Program-made: the position numbers and the translations under genes
Part shown: positions 24,778-36,557 of the stretch, in pieces
Layout of the letters: every line of letters starts with the position of its first letter
How positions within the stretch are numbered: the stretch's first letter is position 1
NCBI GenBank assembly: GCA_030295235.1
Contig: AP026146.1
Coordinates: 248,001 to 312,000 of the forward strand
Length of the DNA: 64,000 bases
Direction: 5' to 3'
DNA from: Fistulifera solaris
Taxonomy: Eukaryota
The notes under the pieces: model-generated
The model's database searches: none
Seen by the model: only the letters and a program-made list of their open reading frames with translations
Told to the model about the DNA's origin: nothing

Positions 24778-25662
24778 ATGCCACGAGGAAGTGAAGCCAA
24801 GTTGCGTCGGCGCAATCAACGCAAAGACGAAGATAAGCAGGATTTGAACGCCATTTTCGGTGATCCGAATGGAAAAGAAACGGATGATATTCCCTTACCG
24901 CCCCGCATGAAGAATGCGGGCGTAGCGCCAGTCGACGACGACTCGGAGGAAGAAGCACCGGCCATGCCCAAGAAGAAAAAGGGCAAAGCCGTTCCTGTTG
25001 GACCACCTCCATCATCCAAAGGTGGAATCAAACGGGCGCCTCTGATTATGCTTATCTTAATGACGGGGACCACGTTGCTACCCGCTTTGTTGTACGCGGG
25101 TGATTTCCTGAGTTCGTTCTTGGCGAAATCCAACATCACGGGTGGACTGGGCTATCGCATGGGCATCGGACACGTTCCTCGCAAGCGTGTGTTATCATTT
25201 TATGAGAAACATGCACCGGAAAAAGTCAATGATGTTCCACATATTTTGTCGAAATATTATGGCGATTACCCCAAATTGATCAAGAATTTGGAACGAAAGT
25301 ATCAAGATTACGGTTATTTCATGGGGTGGGAAGAAGACGAAGCACCCATGAAACTCATGACGGAATATTTGAACGACATTTACAGTATGTGGATCAAACA
25401 ATGGAACAAACACGCGCCACAAGTCTTGAAAACAGCGGCACGGAATGCCAAGTACAATATCACGACCGTGTACAAGAAAGGACGGAAGGTTTGGAAAGCG
25501 AAAGTATGGCCCATGTTGGAGCCCATCTTTGGTGTGCCCGATGGTGCTGATAAACAAAAACGGCAAGATGCGGCCGAGGCTCGAAAGCGCCGCAAGTCGG
25601 AGGGTGGTTCCAAACCACGACGTAAGAATCGAGAGTTCCGAGATGATGTCGATGAATCTTAG
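24778..25662 (+). CDS. Uncharacterised single-TM protein
   Basis: 294-aa ORF with a hydrophobic segment and a helical module RVLSFYEKHAPEKV...ILSKYYG...LERKY. Confidence 0.7.
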   Translation: MPRGSEAKLRRRNQRKDEDKQDLNAIFGDPNGKETDDIPLPPRMKNAGVAPVDDDSEEEAPAMPKKKKGKAVPVGPPPSSKGGIKRAPLIMLILMTGTTLLPALLYAGDFLSSFLAKSNITGGLGYRMGIGHVPRKRVLSFYEKHAPEKVNDVPHILSKYYGDYPKLIKNLERKYQDYGYFMGWEEDEAPMKLMTEYLNDIYSMWIKQWNKHAPQVLKTAARNAKYNITTVYKKGRKVWKAKVWPMLEPIFGVPDGADKQKRQDAAEARKRRKSEGGSKPRRKNREFRDDVDES

Positions 25663-25833
25663 AATCGAATGCATATTCACATATAAAACCTATTTAAATA
25701 TACATGCATATCGTCTATATATTGCATGTTGGATTATTTGTCATAGTTTTTGGTTTGGGTTCATGATGATGCTGTATCAAGATGATATGACGTTGTCGAT
25801 TTTATTGCGGTGTACATTAGTACAAAGTCATGT

Positions 25834-26859
25834 TCATCGCCGTTTTGTTTCTTCGTGGCGTTGTATTAGTAGACGCTTGATGTTATCATAAAGAGGTAAA
25901 TAGATACAAACAAACGGGACAATCCATGATATCCGCGCTTCCATGCCACTGAAAAGTCCTTCCACACCATGAGATTCGAGTGTATGCATAGCACAGTCCC
26001 AGTAATTGTAGGTTTCCTCGGAAGTCATCAATTTTGTTTTGATGGTGTCCATCGGAGTGGTAAGAAACGCAGCTATGGCGCCCGTGATAGAGGCAGCCCC
26101 TACTTCACGCAGCGTGGACTTCTTCTCATTGTCAAAAGCCTTTTTCAACAGTTCGTAAACGCCCAATTCCAGCATGGTATAAGGAACATCACGGTAACAA
26201 GTCGCATCATAACCGACAAAGAACCCCTCGACCCCCGCCATTCCGGCAATTCCTTGCACCGCCGCCGAAAAATCTGGATACAAGCCCATCTGCAGTTGTT
26301 GTTTCACAAGTTCTCCAGGAACCAGGAACAGGGAAGACGATAAAAACGCAATGCCCGCTCCCACAAACAAAACAGTGGAAGGCATGGCCCGTTTCCACCA
26401 TTCCCACGTGGCGAATTTGGCGGCACCGGCCAACGCATCGGAGCCCGCGTACACCAAAAAGCCGTGATAGAAGCCCGACAGTCCAGAGGTCGCCCACAAG
26501 TACTGTGCCGCGTCCCCCACATTTTTGTGCAAACCCAATTCCCAGCCCAAGTCCGATTGCTGCAATGTTTTGATGCAATCCATCGGATGAATCATCACGT
26601 CCGCCACAAACGTCGTCACGGCTCCCGCGAGTGCCAACTGCACGAGAGGTACAGTCGGTACGAAAGCAGTTGCTCCTTCTTGTGTTACCTTGGAATCACG
26701 ACTGCGTTTCCGAGACGTCACCACGGAAGAAAGTTCAGGTGGTGTCATGTTCAATTGACGACTCGAACACCGAGTGACGACTCCTCCTCGGAGCACTGCG
26801 AAGCTCACGGACGGATTACCGTGTTGAAGTAGCAAGAGAAGAAGAAGGTTGTATTTCAT
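25834..26859 (-). CDS. Mitochondrial carrier family protein (SAM-carrier-like), probably plastid-targeted
   Basis: Three Px[DE]xxK repeats (HPMDCIKT, VPGELVKQ, TPMDTIKT); signal-peptide-like start MKYNLLLLLLL...VS-FAV at 26859. Confidence 0.85.
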   Translation of the reverse strand: MKYNLLLLLLLQHGNPSVSFAVLRGGVVTRCSSRQLNMTPPELSSVVTSRKRSRDSKVTQEGATAFVPTVPLVQLALAGAVTTFVADVMIHPMDCIKTLQQSDLGWELGLHKNVGDAAQYLWATSGLSGFYHGFLVYAGSDALAGAAKFATWEWWKRAMPSTVLFVGAGIAFLSSSLFLVPGELVKQQLQMGLYPDFSAAVQGIAGMAGVEGFFVGYDATCYRDVPYTMLELGVYELLKKAFDNEKKSTLREVGAASITGAIAAFLTTPMDTIKTKLMTSEETYNYWDCAMHTLESHGVEGLFSGMEARISWIVPFVCIYLPLYDNIKRLLIQRHEETKRR

Positions 26860-27673
26860 GGTATTTGTTGTCAATATTGGATCTTTTCTTTGAGTTGCTT
26901 TTGACATTAATAATAATAAGAAGAAGTGAAGTTTTTCTCCTTTCTCATTGCTCATTGCCCATCAGAATTTAGGCTCCCAACAAAGTTCTTTCCTCTTCGC
27001 GTCTTTCTTCGCATCCGGGTGCCGCATGGCTTCGTAACGGTACCGACTTTGCTTTTTTGTCATCTCAAGGCAGTTGACAGTTTCGTTACGGATGAATGCA
27101 AGACGGGATGTCTGACCGGCGTCCGTCTTAAGACACATTCAACGAGTGCCGAGTGTCTTGAAGAATGAGTAGTTCTTGTCGAACAGCAAACTGTCCAACC
27201 TTATTCATCGCAGAGTACAGAAGTGTATGTGTTTGAATAAAATTTACCATAAATTGTAGTACAGTCCGCCGAATTTTCTTAAAGTATCCATTAAATGCGT
27301 GACAGGGGGTTAAATGAAAAAAAATGATGAAGGCAAATGGTTCATGGTTCCACATTGCCCAATTAGAGGGCTTTTTGTCAGTGGTTTTGCAAATTCCTGC
27401 GAAGTCTTGCTGTGAACGACGGAACCTCGAGCCAAAAGCTCGCATTCATTCAAAATCAATGAGGAAAAACTCACTCCAGCTCTTATTGTACTGTACTTGC
27501 AGCACAAAACCAATAAACGCAAAAACCAGGATTGAACAGAGCGCTGCATTGTGTTTTGTATTGATACCATAATCACCCTTTCTTGCGTTAACTCGAAAAG
27601 AATTTTCTTGCGGTTTTGAATGGAATGAACAGCAAGAGAGAGCTGCTGTAACAATTAATAGCCAACAATCAAA

Positions 27674-30600
27674 ATGGTTCAATTTGCTGATTCTGTCGTC
27701 ATTATACCGGACGGTTTAGATCCGTATACATTGCCCTTGCATCCCGACGGAACCTACGTGGACGGGAGCGAATCGCTGTCGGCTGAAAGCTTGGGCTTGG
27801 ATGGTCTCGACAATGATGCTTCCTTTCAAGATGCGATGCAAGGGGAAATGAGTATGGGCGATATGTACGTGAGAGAATCGAAATACTACCATTATTTGCA
27901 GCGAATGCAAAAAAAGTCTCACTCGATTGTTGTCCTAATTTTACAGCGGCGGCGATGCCATGGTGTTTTCCGACTCGTTTCTGACCGACGAGGACTTTAG
28001 TAGCATGAGTGATTCCGAAGCGACGCTCGAAAAGGAACCACCTTCCGATTACGACATTTTGAAACAAATGGGCACGAATGCCGCCCTTTCGGGGGCGATC
28101 GCCTTGGCGGCGCCGACACTGGTGAAGTATGGTGCGCGCTTGATGAATAGCTCGAATGAAGCCGAAGATGCGGCTTTGGATTCCGTGGCCTTGGCCAATT
28201 TGAGCAATTCGGCATCGTTTTCGCAGGGTGGCAACGCGACAGGTGCCTTTCCTGGATTTGGGGCCATTCCGGGTGGTGGCGCATTTCAAACGGGTGTTTC
28301 GTAAGTTACTTGTGGGTGATTGTTGGTGCACGCAATTCATTCGTGTGGCAACTCAACCTTTGCTCTTCATCTTTCATTAGAAAATCTGTGATGCAGCAAG
28401 CAATGCTTTTAGCGGCGAAATCCGCGTCCACCTCTGTTGGACAAGGTTCGACTGCCTTGACAACGGCAGCTAGTGGAAGTGGTGCTGTCGCTGGAACCGT
28501 CGGTGGTGCGGTAGGTGGAGCAGTCGGAGGAACCTTTGGAGCGTTGGGCATAGGCATGAATGTTTTAATTGTTACAGCAGTCGCAATGTCCCTGATAGGA
28601 GGTGTCATCGTAGGGCTGGAAACAGGAGGATTTCTTCGACCCGAAACGCGGGCGGATACCTTTGTTCCTCTCAATATCTCTCTCTTCGATTTCGAAGTCG
28701 TTTCTTCTCCGTCTGTGGTTCCGTCAACGGTTGACTTCATACTCCCAGCTCCATCTTTGGTTCCGTCACCCACGAAATCACAGTCACCGACTGGTTTGTC
28801 CTTTAATACCGAGAGCGAGTCTCCATCGACTATAACAGGCGACTTCCCTGTAAGCATATCAAGCTCTCCGTCTGGGTCTTCACGACCCACTGGACTTTCG
28901 GGCGGGAGCTTTTCACCAACACCGAGTCCAAGTCTTTCTCGTTCGGAGTTGAGCCCGGAACCAACTCGTTTTTCACCATCACCAGTATCTGCGTCACAAA
29001 GTCCGCTACCATCCCAGACTGGACTCACTGTGTTTCCATCCACAAAACAGAGTGGGACTACATTTCCAACAGAAGGTCCAACCATATCACAGAGCGGTAC
29101 CTTAATCCCAACCGCAGCCCAGGGTGACACCGCATTTCCAACAGAAGCTTCAACTACACTGCAGAGTGGTACCGCAATTCCATCAGCAGCTCAGACTGGA
29201 ACTGAAGCGCCTTTGCTCCTTTCTCCAGAACCAACGGCCTCCCCGAATGGACGCTCGTCTCCCGTTCCTAGTGGCCTCGATGACTCTCTAGCTCCTACTG
29301 AACAGCCGACGGGTATTGCTATTGGTGTTCCATCGAACGGACCTAGCACGCTACCTGACGGCGCTACGGCCCCCCATCAATCATTGCCGCTCCATCTCCT
29401 ATACCAACTACCGTTGTCACTGATGGACCGTCTTCGTTTACTTCCCCGAGCCCGACATTGGAGCCAACTCTAGAGCCGACACCCCAAGAGTCTTTTTTTC
29501 GCGCCAACTGCGGTGCCATCTTTCAGCCAACCATCGAGTTCGCCGGTCGACCCAAATGCCCCATCAGCTTCGCCGACGATTTCATGGATGCCTGCGGCGA
29601 CTATGTTCCCTTCTGGCGAGCCGTCAACGACAACAAGTCCGAGTGTTGCTCCTAGTTTCATTTCTTCCGCCGCGCCATCTGGGCGCCCTACGGGCCTCCC
29701 CACTGTTTTACCGACGGACAGTCCAACGATGACACCTACATTCGAGCCAACAAATACGCCGACGGACAATCCAACGACTGAACCTACGTCTGAACCAACG
29801 AACACGCCGACGGATAGTCCAACGACTGGACCTACGTTTGTACCAACAAGTTCGCCAACGGACAGTCCAACGACGGATCCTACGTTTGAACCAACAAGGA
29901 CACCGACGGATAGTCCTTCTGTGCAACCTTCCCGTGTAGGACAGGTTGGCAGCATTACCGGGTGGCGTTTGGTATCGTTAAATACTAACACGCCTCTCGC
30001 AAACCTAACAGAAGGTCAATTGATTAATTTATGCGATTTCGAAACAAATGTCACAGTACAAGCGATAACGAGTGACAATCCAGGCGAAAACGTCGGAGCA
30101 ATCGAGTTCAAATTGCGAAATGTTTTCAGTCAAGCAAATCCCGAACGCGTTTATGACAACGAATTCCCTTTTGTCATTGGGAACTTGGCCAATTATTGGG
30201 CTTTTACGCAAATCAATGCCATCCCGTTCCCGAATCCACGTAATAATGGGGGAAGAGGTGCGGAAGTTATATTCAGGCTTTGGATCAATAAGGAATGCTC
30301 GCCACCAACTGGCAGTCCAACTCCCTTACCCTCGCCTGGACCAATGATCGCACCCTTTGAGAACCCAACTACATTCCCATCGGCTGGACCAATAATCGCA
30401 CCCACTGAGAGCCCAACTACATTTCCCTCGCCAGGGCCAACGATCGCACTCACTGAGAGACCAGCTACATTCCCATCGGCTGGACCAATAATCGCACCCA
30501 CTGATAGTCCAACTGCATTCCCCTCGCCAGGGCCAACGATCGCTCCCACTGAGAGACCAACTACATTCCCCTCGCCTGGACCAACAAGTGTTCCTACCGA

Positions 30601-32083
30601 TGCACCGATTATCCAGCCTCCCACTATAGGACCTGTTGGCAGCATCTCCTACTGGCAGTTGGTTTCGCTAGATACAAACACGGTCATAACAAGATTACAA
30701 GATGGACAATTTATTGATCTGTGCAATTTTGGTGGACCTGTTACGGTACAAGCGGTAACACAGGGCACTGTCGGAGCAATAGAGTTCACTTTGCAAGATA
30801 GCTCGAGTCAAGATTTCGCACGCCTCTATGACAACACGACTCCGTTTGTCATTGGAGCTCTGGATAATTATTGGAGTTACACTGAAATTTATCCTATGTT
30901 GTTCCCAAGCGCAGACAATTTTGACGGTGCCGGTGAGGATGTTCCTTTGCGTCTCTGGATAAGTAAATGTTTGCCGACAGAGCAACCCGTCAATGTTCCT
31001 GTGGCTCCTCCGACGGATTCACCCGTTGAAGTGGTGCCTGTTCAGCCACCAATAGCACCACCAGTACCAACACCGACCGCGCCTACCAATCCAGGACCTG
31101 TTGGCAAAATTTTAGAATGGCGACTGGTATCGCTTTATACGAGCACAGTCAGGGTACCCTTAATAAATGGTACACTCGTTAATCTGTGTGATTATGCAGA
31201 AGATGTCACGGTACAAGCAATAACAGATGACCAGATTAAAGCCATCGAATTCCAAGTAAGAAATGGCGATGGGGGTGGATCACGACGCGTCTACGATAAT
31301 GAATTTCCATTTATCATTGGGGATACGTACCAGGGTTGGGAATCGGTAGAAATCAAAGCGACTCCGTTCCCGAGTGCAGATAACCTTGGTGGTAGAGGTG
31401 AAGAAGTTCTATTCGTTTTACGATTCAACTTTGTCTGCTTGCCAGTAGAGCCACCTGTTCAGCCGCCGGTTGAGCCACCTGTTGAACCTCCAGTTCAGCC
31501 GCCGCTTGAGCCACCTGTTGAACCTCCAGTTCAGCCGCCGCTTGAGCCACCTGTTGAACCTCCAGTTCAGCCGCCGGTGGAGCCACCTGTTGATCCTCCA
31601 GTTCAGCCGCCGGTAGAACCACCAGTAGAGCCACCTGTCCAGCCGCCAGTAGACCCACCTGTTCAGCCACCAATGAAACCACCGGTCCAGCCACCGGTCG
31701 GACCTCCTGCTGGTTCTGTTGGCAGTATTGTAGGATGGCAATTGGTATCATTAGACACCAGCACAGCTATCAAGAACTTGGAATACGGTGATACGGTTTA
31801 TTTGTGCAATGACACAAGAAATCTGACGGTACAAGCAGTACCTGAGGGCCTTGTTGAAGCAATTGTGTTCACAGTGAGAAATTACTGGGGCGGCGGTTCT
31901 AAGCGCATCGATGACGAGGTGTCTCCTTTCCGCATTGATGATGCGTATCGCGACAATCGGGGTGAAGCATGGAGACGTGTAATAATCAATGCAATTCCGT
32001 TTCCGAGTTCAATCAGCAATGGCCGCAGAGGTGTTCAAGTTCAATTGGGACTGTGGTTTGATCAAGGATGCCAGACCAACTAA
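27674..32083 (+). CDS. Mucin-like membrane protein, family copy C, with four tip domains (3 exons; two compensating frameshifts)
   Basis: Exons 27674-27864, 27947-28300 and 28381-32083. LPLHPDG N-terminal motif, MQQAM...ASTSVGQG segment, TM, PT-repeat stalks and four homologous domains. Indels at the C-run ~29372 and the T-run ~29496. Confidence 0.8.
29700..29920 (+). repeat. PT-type coding repeats (PTDSPT/PTFEPT)
   Basis: Repeated ccgacggaYagtccaacga and ccaac units. Confidence 0.8.
30325..30585 (+). repeat. 54-nt (18-aa) coding repeat FPS(A/P)GP(I/T)IAPTExPTT
   Basis: About 5 units visible in both DNA and translation. Confidence 0.8.
31441..31700 (+). repeat. 12-nt coding repeat PPV(E/Q/D), ~21 units
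   Basis: gagccacctgtt / gaacctccagtt / cagccgccg units. Confidence 0.9.
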
Positions 32084-32451
32084 ATTAAGTTGGAACTGTT
32101 GTGAAGTCAAGGTTGACTTTTTCTTTAGTAATTGGCTTGCTGTGATGTAAGGCATCATCATTACTACAGCACGAAGGCAGCTGTTACTGATTCAGCGTCT
32201 AGCGTTTGCATCAAAGCTACCTACTAGATCATAATCCTCGTCGTCGCTTTTGATGACAATTCATCTTGAGAATGTCCCAACGCGCAGCGAAAAGGAACAT
32301 GTTATGTGTATTTTCTAAAGTAATGTATTACTCCGGAGTATTGTTTTTTGATAATCGTGCGTTGCGTAGACATGTTAGTGTGTAGTAGTTACGGACTTTT
32401 TTATTTTAATTGGTAACACAGTTACGTCTTTCAAAAAGTATCGGAAATCAT

Positions 32452-33574
32452 TCAGTCTTGTTTCACCGTCTTCGGTTTCGGAGGATTCGTCGAATGCAGA
32501 TACAAGCTGGTCGCGGCTAGCAATCCCCCCACCACTTGTCCAGCCGAAACACCAATGTCGGGTTCGATCATTGCCTGCACCATTCCTGACAAGAGCATAC
32601 CAAATATTAACGCAAACCCTTTACTCACCGATCCAGCATACTTGGTGACCAATCCCACCAAAACACCCCCAATGGCGTTGGTGAAAATCGGGATCCAGGT
32701 CCAGAGGGTCCAATTGTGCCAAAACCCATGTTCTAAAATCATTCTTCCATCCGGCGCTACCAACAGACTTCCCGTGAGAATCAAGATGGTGGCAATGCAC
32801 AATTCCATGCTAAATTGGTACGAATTCCGGGCTCCGGTTTGCAAATTTTTTTGGGCTACGGCCCCCGCCAGGCCCGAAATGAAACTGGCGAGTAACAGAG
32901 GAGCGACACCGTAGGTCAAGTGATGCGTGTTGAACCGGTCTTTGGTGCGATTGGTGTGTTGTGAATAATTTGTGCGAAAACTTCCCAAGAGTGCATCCAC
33001 GGGAACGATTCCCTCCATGACCAGAGCGGACAAAAACAAAAGAAAGAGCGCCACAATTTGCCACTGGCTCTGCGTTTTCCCCATGACAAGATAAGTACAC
33101 AATGCTGCCGACAGCGTCTTGGTTTGATTCAATACGTTGAAGGTAAGAGCATCCAAATTCTGATACGCCATGATGGAAGCCAAATTTTGCACGGAGTACA
33201 GCAGTGCTGGGAATAACGCAACGGCGAGCCAGCTGATCACGGACCAGTCTTTGATGAATTTGATCAAGAAACAAAAGCAATGAGAGCTATTAGAGCGTGA
33301 GAAACTCAGGGAACGAATACCGAATAGTTGACGTACTCTTCCACGACTCTCGGGCGGCTCCCGAAACGAACAAAAAGGTCGCCGCCAAGAAAAATTTGAC
33401 CAATTCTTGCATGAGCACAATTGTTGAACGATTCACTCCCGAAGGTGCAAACCTTCGAGTCAGAATGGGTTGACACCCGAATTGTACGGCCAGTAAGACC
33501 AAATACACAATGGCTTGACGCGATAGTCGATCTGACGAAGATTGTGATGGTTGTTGTTGTTTAGAGGATTTCAT
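32452..33574 (-). CDS. Nucleotide-sugar transporter (SLC35A-like, CMP-sialic acid/UDP-Gal family), paralog 1
   Basis: PALLYSVQN, LDALTFNVLNQTKTL and GLVTKYAGSVSKGFA motifs; phase-1 intron 33249-33336. Confidence 0.9.
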
Positions 33575-34167
33575 GATAATATTGTATTCTGTTTGTGTTT
33601 GCGTCGAAAGAGAAAGAGGCGAAAAGAGGTGATTCTCCAAAAATTAACCCTCCCTTTTCCGCTAAATGCAATAAGTAGTTACAGAAGTATGGATTAATGT
33701 AATTGTATCGGAGAGGTAAAACCTGAGTATCAAGAAAACGAATGAATCACACAATAAACGTTTGGAAGTAATCGATTGTTTTCTTTTATGCCTCTGTGTT
33801 ATTCTTGCTCTCATTTCCACCGCTTCATTGCTTGTTGCGGTGCGTGATGCGAACAGGCAGAGGTAGAACACTTGTTTTATACATACAAGATGAGACGTCT
33901 GTAATACTATAATATTTTCGAAATTAAGTTTTCGAGATAGATGGTGTCGCAAAGTATTACTTTAGGATCTTCCAAACGCTCTCACGACTGCTCATGACTG
34001 AAATCCACTCAAGAAACTGTCGTGTGTCGTGCTATTTTCAAGACAAACAGACAAACGAATGATAACGTTTTAAATTCCTTTTCTACTACGTAAGGAAGGT
34101 TACTTGTACTTTGATTCAAAGAAAGTCATCGAAAGAATTCGTTCCTCAACTCTACCCTTTGGAAAAC

Positions 34168-35217
34168 ATGAAGAATGTTACAATATCCGGCGAGGCAGTC
34201 ATTTACCTCGCCTTACTGGCGCTGCAATTTGGCCTACAACCGATTTTGATGCAACGTTATGCCCCAGTGGGCATTATTCGTTCGACGGTTGTCATCTTGC
34301 AAGAGGTCACCAAGTTTTTATTTTCGGGAAGTATTTTACTAGTAAATCAATCATGGTCGTCGGCTCTTCAAGGTACGACTTATCAGAGACATCATTGACT
34401 GGTTTGATTCGATTTTTAGTTGCGGATTCTGATTTGTTTCTCCCCGAAAGACTGGTCCACGAGGGGCTTTCTCACCGAAGCCGTATTACCCGCTGGACTT
34501 TATGGTATACAAAATGTCGCTTATCTCATGGCCGTACAAACGCTCGATCCATTGACCTTCAATGTACTCGCACAAACCAAAACATTATCAGCCGCCTTGT
34601 GCTGCTACCTTTTGTTGGGACGGAAACAAAGTCGAACGCAAATAATCGCGCTGTTACTACTGCTGTGGGCCGCTTTGATTATGGAAGGTGTCATTTTTAT
34701 AGACTTCACTAGATATTGGGAAAGAGACACAAGTTCGAGTGAATGGGAATGGCATCATTTGACTCATGGAGTGTTGCCCATTTTGCTGTCGACCTTTATC
34801 TCTGGCCTCGCTGGAGCACTATCACAGGGTGCTCTGCAACACAAAAATTCGTATCTATTTAGTATGGAGCTCTGTGCCGCTCAATCGTTGCTTCTGGTGA
34901 CCAGTCTGTGTTTCTCCTCCGACGGAACCATGATTCTCGAGAAAGGGTTCTTTCATCAATGGGAATGGGCAACGTTTCTTCCCATAATGACGGGAGCCGT
35001 CGGTGGTGTATTGGTCGGTTTGGTGACCAAACACGCTGGCGCAGTGTACAAGGGGTTTGCGCTCATCACTGGAATGTTCTTGTCGGGTGTATTGCAATCG
35101 TCTTCTGTTTCCCTGCAACAAGCCGTCGGTGGAACCTTAGCCGCGATAAGTATCTTTCTTCACGCCACGAATCCACCCCGCAGTGCTATTGTTAAGGAAT
35201 CGAAGAAGAAAAATTAA
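34168..35217 (+). CDS. Nucleotide-sugar transporter (SLC35A-like), paralog 2
   Basis: PAGLYGIQN, LDPLTFNVLAQTKTL and GLVTKHAGAVYKGFA motifs; phase-1 intron 34373-34450 at the same position as in paralog 1. Confidence 0.9.
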
Positions 35218-35338
35218 ATTTCAAGAACGTGTTCTATGTTTGTTGTCAACAGGAAGGTCGAAGGCAAACTAGACAAACGACATGACAGTGTCAATCTCGA
35301 GTTTTGAATTGTTCTACGTTTTATCTATTTCTTCTATA

Positions 35339-36557
35339 CTACGCATATTCAACTCGTGCAGAAGGTTGGAGGTGGGCATCAGCAACAAAATCGTCGCAAA
35401 GGTGAAAATGAATAGGTCCACACAACAATCGTTGCGTCAGAGATACAGAAGGTACATCCGTCATAGACCAACAGCGTTTCGTTTGTTCCTGGTTGTACAG
35501 AAGTTCCCACAAGTCCGCACACACTTTCTGTTGCAGTTCGCTTAACTGAACCAAAGACTTCTCTTTCAATCCCTCGATACCCGCCTTGAGACCTTTTCCG
35601 TATCGCCGTCGAATCCCAATCCATGTTCTTCGCAACATCCACCCGATGCGTTGCGTCAATGTCGTCTGTTCGACCAGAAAAGCGGGGTCGACCGATTGAC
35701 ATATTCCGGGCGGTTTTAGCGTCCTTACTCGACAGGATCTTCCCAAATGATAATCCCCAAATTTGAGATGAAATTCGCATTCACAAATCGGTTCACAATT
35801 CAAGGATCGCCAATCCCATTTGCATTCGGGGTTTGTTTCAGGAATCTTTTGTTATAGAAAATAAAGTGCCATGAGGGCCATGCTGGCAAAAATTCCAAAT
35901 ACACTCGCTACGTACCACTTTTTGGGTCAAAAATTGCTTAGCCGCTTCTCCGAATATATCCAACAACGTACGATCGTCTTCCACCATAACTTTGGGTGGG
36001 TTTTCTTTTGGCTCAATATCCACGAGATCGCTGCTTTTCAGACTGCGGTGGTGATGTACCGTATCGACTTGTTCTACCTCTTCTAGCGTTTGCAGTAGCG
36101 TTCTTAATTGTTCAATGGTAAATGTCGGAACTGCCTCTTCCGTTTGTGTCGACTTGGCTTCCTCCATACAGCCGCGTTGCTCCAAGGATACATCACCCGC
36201 ATGCTGCGGCGGATAACTTCCACGTATGTTGATATTGTTTTCTATTATTTCTTCTTGTACCTGATGAATATAATCCGTATGAATCGATGATTCGTGTGAT
36301 TCTTCCCCCCTCTCGCTTGTCGTTTCTCCGTGAACAGAAGGAGGGAGTCGGACATCCTCGTGATTTAGGGTGTTGTTGATGCGCGCCACCTTTCCATCTT
36401 TTTCCGAAGGATTCATAATTTGTTGAGATTCGAGAGGATCATTTTCCGTGTTGGGCATCTCTTGGCCGACGACGAAGCAGCCTCTTTGCGCGAGGAAAAT
36501 GCCTCCCACCAGTAAGGGAAGAATTGCTCTTTGTTTACTATTATTCTTTCGAGGCAT
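35339..36557 (-). CDS. Uncharacterised protein with an N-terminal signal/TM segment and a Cys-rich C-terminal module
   Basis: Intron 35846-35915 joins two ORFs in frame, giving ECKWDWRSLNCEPICECEF...GDYHLGRSCR. Confidence 0.7.

Noticed and set aside
31441..31700. Possible CRISPR-like or non-coding repeat array
   Set aside because: These are contiguous 12-nt units without unique spacers, in frame as PPV(E/Q) within a eukaryotic CDS; there are no cas genes
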